A DNA stretch of 64,000 bases, from the NCBI GenBank assembly GCA_910577095.1, contig CAJTLY010000001.1, positions 40,063 to 104,062 on the forward strand, in the 5' to 3' direction. Under the pieces are notes generated by a model. That model was not told the DNA's origin, did no database searches, and worked only from the letters and a program-made list of their open reading frames with translations. Within the stretch, counting starts at the first letter, position 1. The number at the start of each line of letters is the position of its first letter. This document shows positions 51,928-61,496 of this stretch, piece after piece. The translations under genes and the position numbers were made by a program. The stretch is from an uncultured Alphaproteobacteria bacterium (GTDB taxonomy: Bacteria > Pseudomonadota > Alphaproteobacteria > RF32 > CAG-239).

Positions 51928-53514
51928 CTATAAGGCAGCGGCAATCAGTTTTTGGGTATAATTTTGCTGCGGACGTTCAAATATATCTTCACAACTGCCG
52001 ATTTCGACCGCCCGACCGTCTTTCATGACCAGAATCTGATCAGACATCGCGCGAACGGCATTCATGTCATGAGATATAAAGATATAGCTTAAATTCCGTT
52101 TTTCTTGGATTTCTTGCAGCAATTTTATGATTTGCGCCTGGATTGTAACGTCAAGCGCGGACGTCGGTTCATCTAAGATCAGCAATTGCGGTTTCAGAAT
52201 CAAAGCACGCGCAATTGCAATTCGTTGGCGTTGACCGCCGGAGAATTCATGCGGATACTTAACCAAATCGCTTTCGGACAACCCGGTTTCTTCAAGCGTT
52301 TCAATCACCATCTTGCGTCTTTCGGCTTTATTTATTTCAGGATAATGAACCGAAACGCCTTCTCCGACAATCTCTTCAATGTTCATCCGCGGGTTGAGAG
52401 AATTGTACGGATCTTGGAAAACAACCTGAATATCCTTACACAATTTCTGACGTTCTTTTGGTGTAAGTGATTGTATTTCAATATCTTTAAACAGTATCTT
52501 TCCTTGATACGTGTTCAACCCTGCAATGGCGGAACCGAGCGTCGTTTTTCCTGAGCCTGACTCTCCGACAATCCCCAGGGTTGTCCCTTTAGCCAGAGAA
52601 AAAGAAACATTATCAACCGCATTGAGTTGTTCCAGCACCCTTCCCCACAAGTTCTTTTTTAAAGGAAAAGTTACTCTGATTTTTTCGGCCTGCAGCAAAA
52701 TGTCATTGCTTTTTTTGTTGTTTTTCCGTAACATATGCGCATTAATCAAGTCTTTGGTATAAGAATGACGCGGGTGCTCAAAAACTTGTTTTATCAAGCC
52801 CTGTTCGATGATCTTCCCGTTTTTCATCACCATGACGCGATCGGCGATTTTACGGATCACGGTCAGATCGTGACTGATGAAAATAATGGACATATTCAGC
52901 TTTTCTTTGAGTTCGATCAACAGATTAATAATTTGTTCCTGGACCGTTACATCAAGTGCGGTTGTCGGTTCGTCAGCAATCAGGATATCCGGTTTGTTGG
53001 CAATAGCCATTGCAATCATCACCCTTTGCCTCTGGCCGCCGGAAAGTTCAAAAGGATAGGATTTCATCCGTTTTTCGGCATTTTGAATTCCGGTCATTTT
53101 CAATAATCGCAAAACTTCTTTTCGCGCTTGTTTGAACGTAAGCTTTTGATGCAGCATCAGGCTTTCGGCAATTTGTTTTTCAATGGTATGTAACGGATTG
53201 AGAGAAGACATCGGTTCCTGAAAAATATAAGCGATCCGGTTGCCGCGGATTTGCCGGAACATCTTGTCGTCCAAACCGATCAATTCTTTTCCCTCAAATG
53301 TGATGGAAGAAGCTTCTTCATGAAACGCTTTCGGATAAGGCAGCAATCCGAGCACAGCCAACGAAGTCACAGACTTCCCCGAGCCAGACTCTCCGACAAT
53401 CCCCAAAACTTCTCCGGCTTGCAGTTCAAAAGAGACGTCGTCCACCGCCGTTTTGGAAACATTACCGTCTTGGGCAAATTTTACGGTCAGATTTTTGACT
53501 TCCAGCATACTCAT
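51928..53514 (-). CDS. ABC transporter ATPase with two fused ABC domains (YejF-like, peptide/microcin C type)
   Basis: 528 aa with two Walker A motifs (both GESGSGKS/T) and two signatures ([16 protein letters not shown]). Confidence 0.88.
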   Translation of the reverse strand: MSMLEVKNLTVKFAQDGNVSKTAVDDVSFELQAGEVLGIVGESGSGKSVTSLAVLGLLPYPKAFHEEASSITFEGKELIGLDDKMFRQIRGNRIAYIFQEPMSSLNPLHTIEKQIAESLMLHQKLTFKQARKEVLRLLKMTGIQNAEKRMKSYPFELSGGQRQRVMIAMAIANKPDILIADEPTTALDVTVQEQIINLLIELKEKLNMSIIFISHDLTVIRKIADRVMVMKNGKIIEQGLIKQVFEHPRHSYTKDLINAHMLRKNNKKSNDILLQAEKIRVTFPLKKNLWGRVLEQLNAVDNVSFSLAKGTTLGIVGESGSGKTTLGSAIAGLNTYQGKILFKDIEIQSLTPKERQKLCKDIQVVFQDPYNSLNPRMNIEEIVGEGVSVHYPEINKAERRKMVIETLEETGLSESDLVKYPHEFSGGQRQRIAIARALILKPQLLILDEPTSALDVTIQAQIIKLLQEIQEKRNLSYIFISHDMNAVRAMSDQILVMKDGRAVEIGSCEDIFERPQQNYTQKLIAAAL

Positions 53515-54578
53515 CGACGGTTTTTCCTTGTATCCAAAGCGTCGCGAACCCCTTCACCGATAAAAATCAGCAATGTCAGCAAAAGCGACAAAACCACAAA
53601 AATAGAAATTCCGATCCACGGCGCCTGCAGATTATCTTTTCCCTGTCGCACCAAATCGCCCAACGACGGATACTCGTGCGAAAGTCCCAAACCGAGAAAA
53701 TCAAGTGCCGTCAAAGAAACAATGGCTTCCGATATCAGAAACGGAATAAATGTTACCGCGGCAACCAGAGCGTTGGGCAGGATATGACGCCAAATAATCT
53801 GGCGGTTACTAACCCCCAGCACCCGCGCCGCTTTTACAAATTCAAAATTTCGCGTCCGCATGAATTCGGCACGCACCATACCGGTCAGCGAAGTCCAGGA
53901 AAAGAAAAGCAGAATCAACAGCAAGGTTCCGAAACTGGGAAGAAAAATACTCGAAACAATAATTAAAATGAACAGTTGCGGCAAAGAGTCCCATATCTCA
54001 ATGAAACGCTGCATCAAGATATCCAACTTGCCGCCGAAATATCCCTGAATCGCACCGACGGTTATGCCGATTGCCGAAGATATCAGCGTCAGCACAAAAG
54101 CAAAAAACAACGACAGTCGCAGTCCGTATAAAATACGCGCAAAAATGTCGCGCCCTTCGTCATCTGTTCCCAGCCAGTGACGCCGTGAAGGTGCAGCCGG
54201 AGTTGGCTGATCCATTTCCATATCCACCGTATTAAAAGAAAACGGAACCGACGGCATCAGCATCCAGCCGTGTTGTTCGATGTTACGACGAAGATAAGGG
54301 TCGGCAAAATCGGCCGGGGTGGGAAAATCCCCCCCGAAATCAATATCCCGATAGTTTTGTACTAACGGAAAATACCACTGATCCCGATATTTGACAATCA
54401 ACGGGCGGTCGTTGGCCAAAAGTTCCGCCAACAAGCTCAGCAAGACAATAACGGCCAGCAAGACAAGCGACCACCAAGCGCGGCGGTTTTGTTTAAAAAT
54501 CCGCCATTTTCTGATTGTCAGCGGTGACAATGCGCTGTTTGTTCCCCTATTCTGCAGCAACAGCATCCTCACTTGCAC
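53511..54578 (-). CDS. ABC transporter permease (YejE-like, Opp/Dpp family)
   Basis: 355 aa with the WLGTDDEGRDIFARILYG motif and 6 TM. Its stop overlaps the ATPase start. Confidence 0.85.
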   Translation of the reverse strand: MQVRMLLLQNRGTNSALSPLTIRKWRIFKQNRRAWWSLVLLAVIVLLSLLAELLANDRPLIVKYRDQWYFPLVQNYRDIDFGGDFPTPADFADPYLRRNIEQHGWMLMPSVPFSFNTVDMEMDQPTPAAPSRRHWLGTDDEGRDIFARILYGLRLSLFFAFVLTLISSAIGITVGAIQGYFGGKLDILMQRFIEIWDSLPQLFILIIVSSIFLPSFGTLLLILLFFSWTSLTGMVRAEFMRTRNFEFVKAARVLGVSNRQIIWRHILPNALVAAVTFIPFLISEAIVSLTALDFLGLGLSHEYPSLGDLVRQGKDNLQAPWIGISIFVVLSLLLTLLIFIGEGVRDALDTRKNRR

Positions 54579-56628
54579 CGGATAAAGACTCTACTTTTGC
54601 TTCGGCGCCGACCTTAATTTCTCCGCTCATAATCTTTTGTGAGCCGATGTTTTTTTCTTCCAGCGGCATCAGCGGCGACGCCGGGACGGTTTGCGGTTGT
54701 CCGATCCCTTTGTCATTTCGGTTATCGGAAGCCTGTAACGGTGATTTTACCGGCGTGCGATAATTAATCCGGTTCCATTCTTTAAACCATCGATTGAATT
54801 CCTGCAAAGACTTTTGAGCGCTGTCATTGGTGTACTTAACCGTATCAAGGGCGGCTTTTACCGCTTTTTTGGTGGTTTTGGAAAGTTTGGTTCGCCCAAA
54901 CTCGCTGCATTTGGGACCGTTTTCAAACAAGTTGTTCAAAATCTCTTCCACCGGACAAATTGAACGGTTAATGACCAGCTGCTTGTTGCCGGGTGTCTTA
55001 ACCGCCAAGGCAACCAGTTGCCCGTTGCGAAAACGGTCGGACAAATCCTGATTCGGAGTTCCGATCAAATCGTCCATTCCAGCCAGCCCTTCGATAACAA
55101 CCGTCGTGTCGGTCGCATCCGGAAGTTTGCGAATTGCCTGCATGACTTTTTCCAACTGACCGAACAGGCACATTGTTTGTCGCAAATAGGCATTGCGCTT
55201 TTCCATCAGGTTACGACTGTCCACCCAGGGGTGGTTCATTTTGGGCAACCATTCCGCGGTGGGTTTCAGCCGGCACATATCATCATAAATATACATATCG
55301 GACGGCAAATCGAGATACACGAAATAAGCATTGTTTCCTTTGTCCTCTGCCAGATCGTCCAGCATCATATCAATACTTTTGAAAGAGTTGACAACATACA
55401 GCTTGTTATAACTAAAACCGATCATCGGCGTTTTGGAAGGATTGTAAAAAGGTTTCAGATAACCGTAAAGTTTTTCCATCATTGCTTCATTTTTGAACCA
55501 ACCGGTACTTTCAAGCCATTGAACCAACAGAATTTGAATTTTGTCGCCGGCAGTCATCGGCACACCGTCAAGATTCAACGGTACGTTAACCTTGGTTACG
55601 CAGCGGTCAACTGCAACCTGATTGTCTTTTTTGCAAAGGTTGACGCCGTGCGACTGATAGGCGCTGATTTTATAACCTTCTTGTTTTAATTTGTCATAAA
55701 CGGCGTTATTCTGCAGATAAGCTTCGAAATTTTCGCGGTTTTTAAACTGCCAGTAACCGTTTTTCAGTACCTGATTTTGTAAAAAGTCGATTTCTTCGCC
55801 GCTGCCGTAATTCAAATTGCGGGCAGCATTGATAAACTGGTTATTGTTGGTGACATAAGCGTTCGGATACAGCCGAAAACCGTTTTTGGCATAAAATCCG
55901 AGCATGATTTTTAACAGTTGATCCCGATAAACCAGAGCGGCATCGGTGTTTTTTAAACTGCTCACGTAGTTATATGACGGCAAGTTGGCAACCATGATCG
56001 TTACCGTCTTTTTGGCCGGGGCTTGTTCTTCGGCCGGAACCGGTACGGATCTCATATCCGGATTGACGATAAATTCGCTTTTATCCTTATTTTGATTAAT
56101 CAGTACGGCACCGAAACAGAAAACGGCCGTCATCACCACCAGAGCTTTGATTCTTTTGGGTGTCAGTGCCAACAAGGCAAACATAATCACCGCAACGATC
56201 ACTGCGGCAAAAGTTTCGGAGCGGCCGCTGGACAGATTTTCGGCGTTAAAGTTGGCAAATTGGTTAAACATTGCCAAGGTGAACAAACCGGAAACCAGTG
56301 CCGTCAGCAAGTAAAGGATAATGCTCAAAAAAGAGAGACAGAAAAAAAGCAAGACCACGCCGGCAGCAATGGCAATCAGGATATAAAGGGCTTCCGGCCG
56401 CAGGCTGCTCGGTCCGCTGAAAATATTGATCGGACCGGAAGACGCAAATAAAACAAAATCAATTCCCAAAAGAGAGATCGTGATCAGACAGCAGGCGGTA
56501 AAATTGAACAAATAATTTAAAAAGCCGCTGTTTTTACGTTTCTTTTTGATCGCTTTGCCCTGCGCGACCGGCGAAGTTGTTTCGGTATGTTTATCCAATA
56601 TAACGTCATCCATTAGCCTGTTCCTCAT
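54547..56628 (-). CDS. large inner-membrane protein with periplasmic domain (function unknown; sulfatase/PEA-transferase-like architecture)
   Basis: 693 aa with about 5 N-terminal TM segments, then a soluble domain of about 480 aa. No catalytic motif confidently recognised. Confidence 0.7.
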   Translation of the reverse strand: MRNRLMDDVILDKHTETTSPVAQGKAIKKKRKNSGFLNYLFNFTACCLITISLLGIDFVLFASSGPINIFSGPSSLRPEALYILIAIAAGVVLLFFCLSFLSIILYLLTALVSGLFTLAMFNQFANFNAENLSSGRSETFAAVIVAVIMFALLALTPKRIKALVVMTAVFCFGAVLINQNKDKSEFIVNPDMRSVPVPAEEQAPAKKTVTIMVANLPSYNYVSSLKNTDAALVYRDQLLKIMLGFYAKNGFRLYPNAYVTNNNQFINAARNLNYGSGEEIDFLQNQVLKNGYWQFKNRENFEAYLQNNAVYDKLKQEGYKISAYQSHGVNLCKKDNQVAVDRCVTKVNVPLNLDGVPMTAGDKIQILLVQWLESTGWFKNEAMMEKLYGYLKPFYNPSKTPMIGFSYNKLYVVNSFKSIDMMLDDLAEDKGNNAYFVYLDLPSDMYIYDDMCRLKPTAEWLPKMNHPWVDSRNLMEKRNAYLRQTMCLFGQLEKVMQAIRKLPDATDTTVVIEGLAGMDDLIGTPNQDLSDRFRNGQLVALAVKTPGNKQLVINRSICPVEEILNNLFENGPKCSEFGRTKLSKTTKKAVKAALDTVKYTNDSAQKSLQEFNRWFKEWNRINYRTPVKSPLQASDNRNDKGIGQPQTVPASPLMPLEEKNIGSQKIMSGEIKVGAEAKVESLSGASEDAVAAE

Positions 56629-56681
56629 TTTGTGGTATCAAGTATTTAACATATAAGCATAATCAATTGAACATTTAAAGC

Positions 56682-56717
56682 AAAAAACCCCAAGATTACA
56701 CAATCTCGGGGTTTTTT
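56682..56717. terminator. terminator after rpsD
   Basis: CCCCAAGAT...ATCTCGGGG stem (one mismatch) flanked by A6 and T6. Confidence 0.7.
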
Positions 56718-56740
56718 CGCCAAAGGCGTTACAATGCCGA

Positions 56741-57352
56741 TTATCTGGAGTAAAATTCGATAACCAGGTTCGGTTCCATAACGGATGCATACGGAACGTC
56801 GTCAAACTTCGGAACGAAGGTATATTTGACGCCGAACTTGGAATCGGCTTCCAAATAAGACGGAACTTCGTGCAGCGAAGATTCGAGAGCGGCAATGACC
56901 ATCGGCATCTGCTGAGACTTTTCTCTGACCGAGATAACATCGCCGACTTTTACCATATAGGAAGGAATGTTAACTCTTTTGCCGTTAACCAGAACATGAC
57001 CGTGGTTAACAAACTGACGGGCAGCGAAAATAGTCGGCACGAACTTGGCTTTGTAGACCAAATTGTCCAAACGCGATTCCAAAATACCGATCAGGTTTTC
57101 AGCCGCGTCACCGCGTCTTCTGATGGCTTCGGCATAATATTTATGGAATTGCTTTTCCGAAACGTTGCCATAATAGGTTTTCAATCTCTGTTTAGCCTGC
57201 AGCTGTTCGCCGTAGTCGGTCATTTTTTTCTTGCGGGCGCCGTGTTGTCCCGGACCGTATTCGCGTTTCAGCAACGGGCTCTTGGGATCGCCCCACAGGT
57301 TGGCGTGCAAACTGCGGTTTGTTTTTTTCTTGGCTTTAACAATACTTTTCAT
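56741..57352 (-). CDS. rpsD: 30S ribosomal protein S4
   Basis: 203 aa with [12 protein letters not shown] and an S4 RNA-binding domain ([31 protein letters not shown]). Confidence 0.95.
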   Translation of the reverse strand: MKSIVKAKKKTNRSLHANLWGDPKSPLLKREYGPGQHGARKKKMTDYGEQLQAKQRLKTYYGNVSEKQFHKYYAEAIRRRGDAAENLIGILESRLDNLVYKAKFVPTIFAARQFVNHGHVLVNGKRVNIPSYMVKVGDVISVREKSQQMPMVIAALESSLHEVPSYLEADSKFGVKYTFVPKFDDVPYASVMEPNLVIEFYSR

Positions 57353-57514
57353 TAAGTTTATCCTTAAAATTTTATAACATTATTGTCCCGGTAGTCTTGA
57401 GAATAATCTCAAGCGGGGTACAACGTACCCTCATTTCCGAAAGTGAGTGCAATTTATTACAGTTTATTTGAAAAATCAAGCGTTTTTTTCATTTTCGCAT
57501 GACAGGCATCGGCA

Positions 57515-58240
57515 TTAGCGTTTTTTGTTTTTTTCGTCTTCCTGCGGTGCGACGATGCCGCCCGAAATAACAAACTTCAGACCCTCTTCCACCGTCATTT
57601 GCAAAAAGACAACGTCTTCTTTGGGAACGAAAATCAAGAAGCCGGAGGTTGGGTTGGGCGTGGTCGGTATAAAGACGTTCAACATTTCTTTGTTCATGAT
57701 TTTTTTGACTTCGCCGCCGGTTTCGGTGCTGACAAAGCCCAAAATCCAAATTCCCTTGCGCGGATATTCCAACAGCACAACCTGACTGAAGGCCTGGTTT
57801 TTATTGGAAAGAAAGGTTTCAAACACTTGTTTGAGCAACGAATACACGGTTGAAACAACCGGCATTTTTTTAACAATCCAGTCGCCGAGACGGATGAAAA
57901 AACGCCCCACAAATCCGGCGGCAAACATACCGATCACGATCATCGACACGATCAAAACCACCACGCCGAGGCCGGGAATGGTAAACGGCAGATCATTATA
58001 ATAAGTTTTCAGTTGCGGCGGCAACAGGCGCCCCACCCCGGCGTCAATCCACAGAATAATCTTGTAGGCCATATAAAAAGTGATCGACACCGGTGCCGTT
58101 ACCAGAATGCCGGTAAAGAAATAAGCGCGAATTTTGGCACCGAGTTTCATAAACACGTGCTGTTCCCGCGTTTTGGCATTTTGAATTGCGAGTGCCCGTG
58201 CCTTCAGTTCAGCGCTTTTTTTCTTTCTTTTTCGTGACAT
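57515..58240 (-). CDS. DUF502-family membrane protein
   Basis: 241 aa with 2-3 TM segments. The conserved IPTTPNPTSGFLIFVPKEDV...M.VEEGLKFVISGG C-terminal pattern is present. Confidence 0.8.
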   Translation of the reverse strand: MSRKRKKKSAELKARALAIQNAKTREQHVFMKLGAKIRAYFFTGILVTAPVSITFYMAYKIILWIDAGVGRLLPPQLKTYYNDLPFTIPGLGVVVLIVSMIVIGMFAAGFVGRFFIRLGDWIVKKMPVVSTVYSLLKQVFETFLSNKNQAFSQVVLLEYPRKGIWILGFVSTETGGEVKKIMNKEMLNVFIPTTPNPTSGFLIFVPKEDVVFLQMTVEEGLKFVISGGIVAPQEDEKNKKR

Positions 58241-58241
58241 T

Positions 58242-59966
58242 TCAACCTCTCATTGCATCTTCAATAATAAATTGCACCTGATTGCGTCCCTGCCAATTGT
58301 CTTTGCGCAAGGTTCCGGCCAGATTAAATACTTCGCCGTGATGATTCAGCAGCGCTTTGCCGATTTCGTTATCGGCGGCGCGAAAAGCCATTGCCTTTAG
58401 AGTTCCGCCGCTCAGGGAACCGAGCTGACAGCGTATGTGACCGCTGCCGACAATATCGGAGTGCAGAATGCGGACATTGCTCAGCATCAGCCGCGGTTCG
58501 GGATTGCCGGCCCCGAAAGGTTCCAGCAGCGCCAGACGATCGGCAAATTCCGGGGTGGCTGCGTTAAGACTGACGATCCCGTCAATTTCCACCACCGGGG
58601 TCAGCGTTTCCGTCCCCAAATATTTTTCGGCATATTCCCCGGCAAAGGTACGAAAAGCTTCCAGATTGCTTTCTTCAAGTGAAAAACCGGCTGCCATATT
58701 GTGGCCGCCCCCTTTGGTCAGCAAGCCTTTTTCTTTGGCGGCCATCACCAAAGCGCCGATGTTGAGGCCGGGAATTGAGCGGGCGGAGCCTTTAACTTCG
58801 TCAGCCTCAATCGACATCACAAACGACGGCAGATTATATCTTTCTTTCAGTTTGCCGGCGACAATTCCGATCACGCCCTGATGCCAGTCTTGTCCGTACA
58901 CAAAAGCGATCGGATATTGCTGAGGCGTTCCTTCCAGCGTTTCCATGGCCTGCAACAAGACATAGGCTTCTATTTCTTTACGAAGCGCATTACAAGAGTC
59001 CAGTTTGTCGGCCAGCACGGCGGCTTCAAAATCGTCGGCGGCACATAACAGCCGGTTTCCGATCGAAGCTTCGCCGACCCGGCCGCCGGCGTTGATCCTT
59101 GGTCCCAATACATAACCGAGATGATAACTTGAAGGCGCTTCCGTGACCGAAGCTTTGTCAATCAGCGCCTTGATGCCGCAGTTCTGCCGTAACGACATAA
59201 TTTTCAGCCCCTGACGGACAAACGCCCGGTTCAGTCCCAACAGCGGCACCACATCGCAAACGGTTCCCAAAGCGACCAAATCCAACCATTTCATCAGATC
59301 CGGCGCCGGTCGGGCAGCATAAAAACCGCGATTGCGAAGCTGACGGTTAACCGCAACCACGGTAAGAAATACCACGCCGACTGCGGCCAGATACTTCAAA
59401 TCGGGGTGTTCATCGTCTTCGTCAAGACGCTTCGGATTGACAACCGCATAGATATCGGGCAGTTTGGTTTCCGCTTCGTGGTGGTCCAGCACAATCACGT
59501 CCATTCCTTGGTCGCGTGCATATTCCAAAACCTCAAAAGCCGTCGTTCCGCAATCGGTCGTTATCAACAGCTTCGTACCGATGGCGGCAAATTCGTCAAC
59601 CGCGCTTTTGCTCGGCCCGTAGCCCTCTTCCCGCTCGGGAATATGGACCGGCACCTTGCAGCCGACCGATTGCAAGAACAATTTCAGCAGTGACGATGAG
59701 GTGGCGCCGTCAACGTCATAATCGCCGATAACGGCTGCTTGTTCTCCGTTTTCCACCGCCTCTGCAATTCGCGCCGCCGCTTTTTCCATATCTTTCAGAC
59801 AAGCGGGATCCGGCATCAGATTTTGCAGTTTGGGATATAAAAAGTCGTTGCTTTGCCCTATGTCAATTCCCCGCGAGACCATGATTTGCGCCACCACCGG
59901 CGGGAGACCGTAACGGGCGGCAACAAGTTCGGCGGCATTTTCGTCAAACCCCGCAAATTTCCACAT
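58242..59966 (-). CDS. recJ: single-stranded-DNA-specific exonuclease RecJ
   Basis: DHH motifs (VIGDYDVDGATS, VIVLDHHE) and a DHHA1 motif (GGGHNMAAG). Start moved to ATG 59966 to avoid overlap with the upstream OmpA-like gene. Confidence 0.92.
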   Translation of the reverse strand: MWKFAGFDENAAELVAARYGLPPVVAQIMVSRGIDIGQSNDFLYPKLQNLMPDPACLKDMEKAAARIAEAVENGEQAAVIGDYDVDGATSSSLLKLFLQSVGCKVPVHIPEREEGYGPSKSAVDEFAAIGTKLLITTDCGTTAFEVLEYARDQGMDVIVLDHHEAETKLPDIYAVVNPKRLDEDDEHPDLKYLAAVGVVFLTVVAVNRQLRNRGFYAARPAPDLMKWLDLVALGTVCDVVPLLGLNRAFVRQGLKIMSLRQNCGIKALIDKASVTEAPSSYHLGYVLGPRINAGGRVGEASIGNRLLCAADDFEAAVLADKLDSCNALRKEIEAYVLLQAMETLEGTPQQYPIAFVYGQDWHQGVIGIVAGKLKERYNLPSFVMSIEADEVKGSARSIPGLNIGALVMAAKEKGLLTKGGGHNMAAGFSLEESNLEAFRTFAGEYAEKYLGTETLTPVVEIDGIVSLNAATPEFADRLALLEPFGAGNPEPRLMLSNVRILHSDIVGSGHIRCQLGSLSGGTLKAMAFRAADNEIGKALLNHHGEVFNLAGTLRKDNWQGRNQVQFIIEDAMRG

Positions 59967-60027
59967 ATTTCCGCCTAAGGATTTGGTATTGTCAAAGCAG
60001 TTGTCCACGGCAGTATTCCTTTGGTTG

Positions 60028-60648
60028 TTAGTAACTGATGTAAATTTCGGCACGCCGGTTAAGACGTTCGCCTTCGGGCATAATTTCCCGATACAGCGGC
60101 TGACTGTCAGACAACGCTTCAACGGCAACCGATTTTTGGGGTACGCCGGCCCGGATTAAAGCAGCGGCAACGTTCTCGGCCCGTTTGAGCGAGGTTTGAA
60201 AATTGATCATTTTGTGAGTGGCCATATCGGTGTTGCGGGTACGGCTGGAAGAAAAGCCATAAACCGTAACATGGGCGTTTTTACGTTTGGCCAACCGGGC
60301 AACATAACGAATTTCATTGTCATATTCCGGCGCAATAACGGCGCTGCCGTCCGCAAACAAAATAGTTGCCGCTTGATAAGCGACGGAAGGTTCAACTGCA
60401 GCCGCAATTGTTTTTTTCGACGTGTTCCGACGTTTTTCGGCGGTCGAAGCTTTTTCCCGGGTTATCGGTTTGACCGGCGCCGCGGTTGTCTGTTCGCCTT
60501 GTTTGTGAATCGGCTGATAGCTGTTTGCCGCCGGTTGAGACGTTTCCGCCGGTTTGGGGGGCGATTGTTCTGCAGACGTGCACGCGCTCAGAAAACCACA
60601 CAAAATCATCGCTGCCGCATACCCGGCCTTCTTGTTTTTCCGTAACAT
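60028..60648 (-). CDS. OmpA-family peptidoglycan-binding lipoprotein
   Basis: Lipobox FLSAC, Pro/Thr-rich linker and an OmpA_C-like domain (SLKRAENVAAALIRAGVP...RLNRRAEIYI). Confidence 0.8.
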   Translation of the reverse strand: MLRKNKKAGYAAAMILCGFLSACTSAEQSPPKPAETSQPAANSYQPIHKQGEQTTAAPVKPITREKASTAEKRRNTSKKTIAAAVEPSVAYQAATILFADGSAVIAPEYDNEIRYVARLAKRKNAHVTVYGFSSSRTRNTDMATHKMINFQTSLKRAENVAAALIRAGVPQKSVAVEALSDSQPLYREIMPEGERLNRRAEIYISY

Positions 60649-60808
60649 TTTCTTCCCCCGTTTGATTGATAAACTTTAACATTTTTAACGTAATAATCAT
60701 GATAACACAAGCGGAAAATTGTAAAATAGAAACTTTTTAAAAATCAATTTGTCTTTTATAAAATATTGTTATATCATTTTAGAACAGTTGATAAGGGAGG
60801 AATATATT

Positions 60809-61408
60809 ATGTCAAAAATATGCAAACTTTTTATGATGTTGATGCTGGTTGCCGCCTGCTCCGAAAAAGACAGCCGCGAACCGCTGACGATTACCACTTC
60901 GGAAGGAAATACGGTCACTTATAAAGTGGAACTGGCGCAAAGCCGCGAAGAACTCACCACCGGTCTGATGAACCGTACCGCCATGGAAGCCGATTCCGGG
61001 ATGATTTTTGACCTGTCCGCTTTCAACAATGTTCCGACCGCCATGTGGATGAAAGACACCAAACTGGCGTTGGATATGCTTTTTATCGATCGTGACGGCA
61101 TGATCTTTTGGATCTATGAAAACGCCGAGCCGGATTCTTTAAAAATGATCGTTTCGCCCTATCCCGCTTTTGCGGTTCTGGAAGTTAACGCCGGTGACGT
61201 CGCCGCCAAAGGCATCAAAATCGGCGATACCGTAAATTACAAAATTTTCAATCGTGACGGCGAAGAAAAAAGCGTCAGCGCTGACCCGGCTGCCGAAGAC
61301 AAAAACGAAACCGACGTTTCTGAGGTAAAAGAGCCGGAAGCACCGACAGAAACCGTTGCCGCGGATGAAGCACCGGCGGACGAAGTCGAAAAGAAAGCCG
61401 AAGAATAA
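60809..61408 (+). CDS. DUF192-family lipoprotein
   Basis: Start at ATG 60809 behind an AAGGGAGGA SD. Lipobox LVAAC. GLMNRT...GMIFD...MWMKDT...LDMLFID pattern. Acidic tail. Confidence 0.8.
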   Translation: MSKICKLFMMLMLVAACSEKDSREPLTITTSEGNTVTYKVELAQSREELTTGLMNRTAMEADSGMIFDLSAFNNVPTAMWMKDTKLALDMLFIDRDGMIFWIYENAEPDSLKMIVSPYPAFAVLEVNAGDVAAKGIKIGDTVNYKIFNRDGEEKSVSADPAAEDKNETDVSEVKEPEAPTETVAADEAPADEVEKKAEE

Positions 61409-61496
61409 ATATTGCGACGGTCGCTGTCTTTAACACCCCCGAAAGACACTGGTTTTTCGGGGTGTTTTTTTAGCGGAACAACTCCCTTGTCTCACA

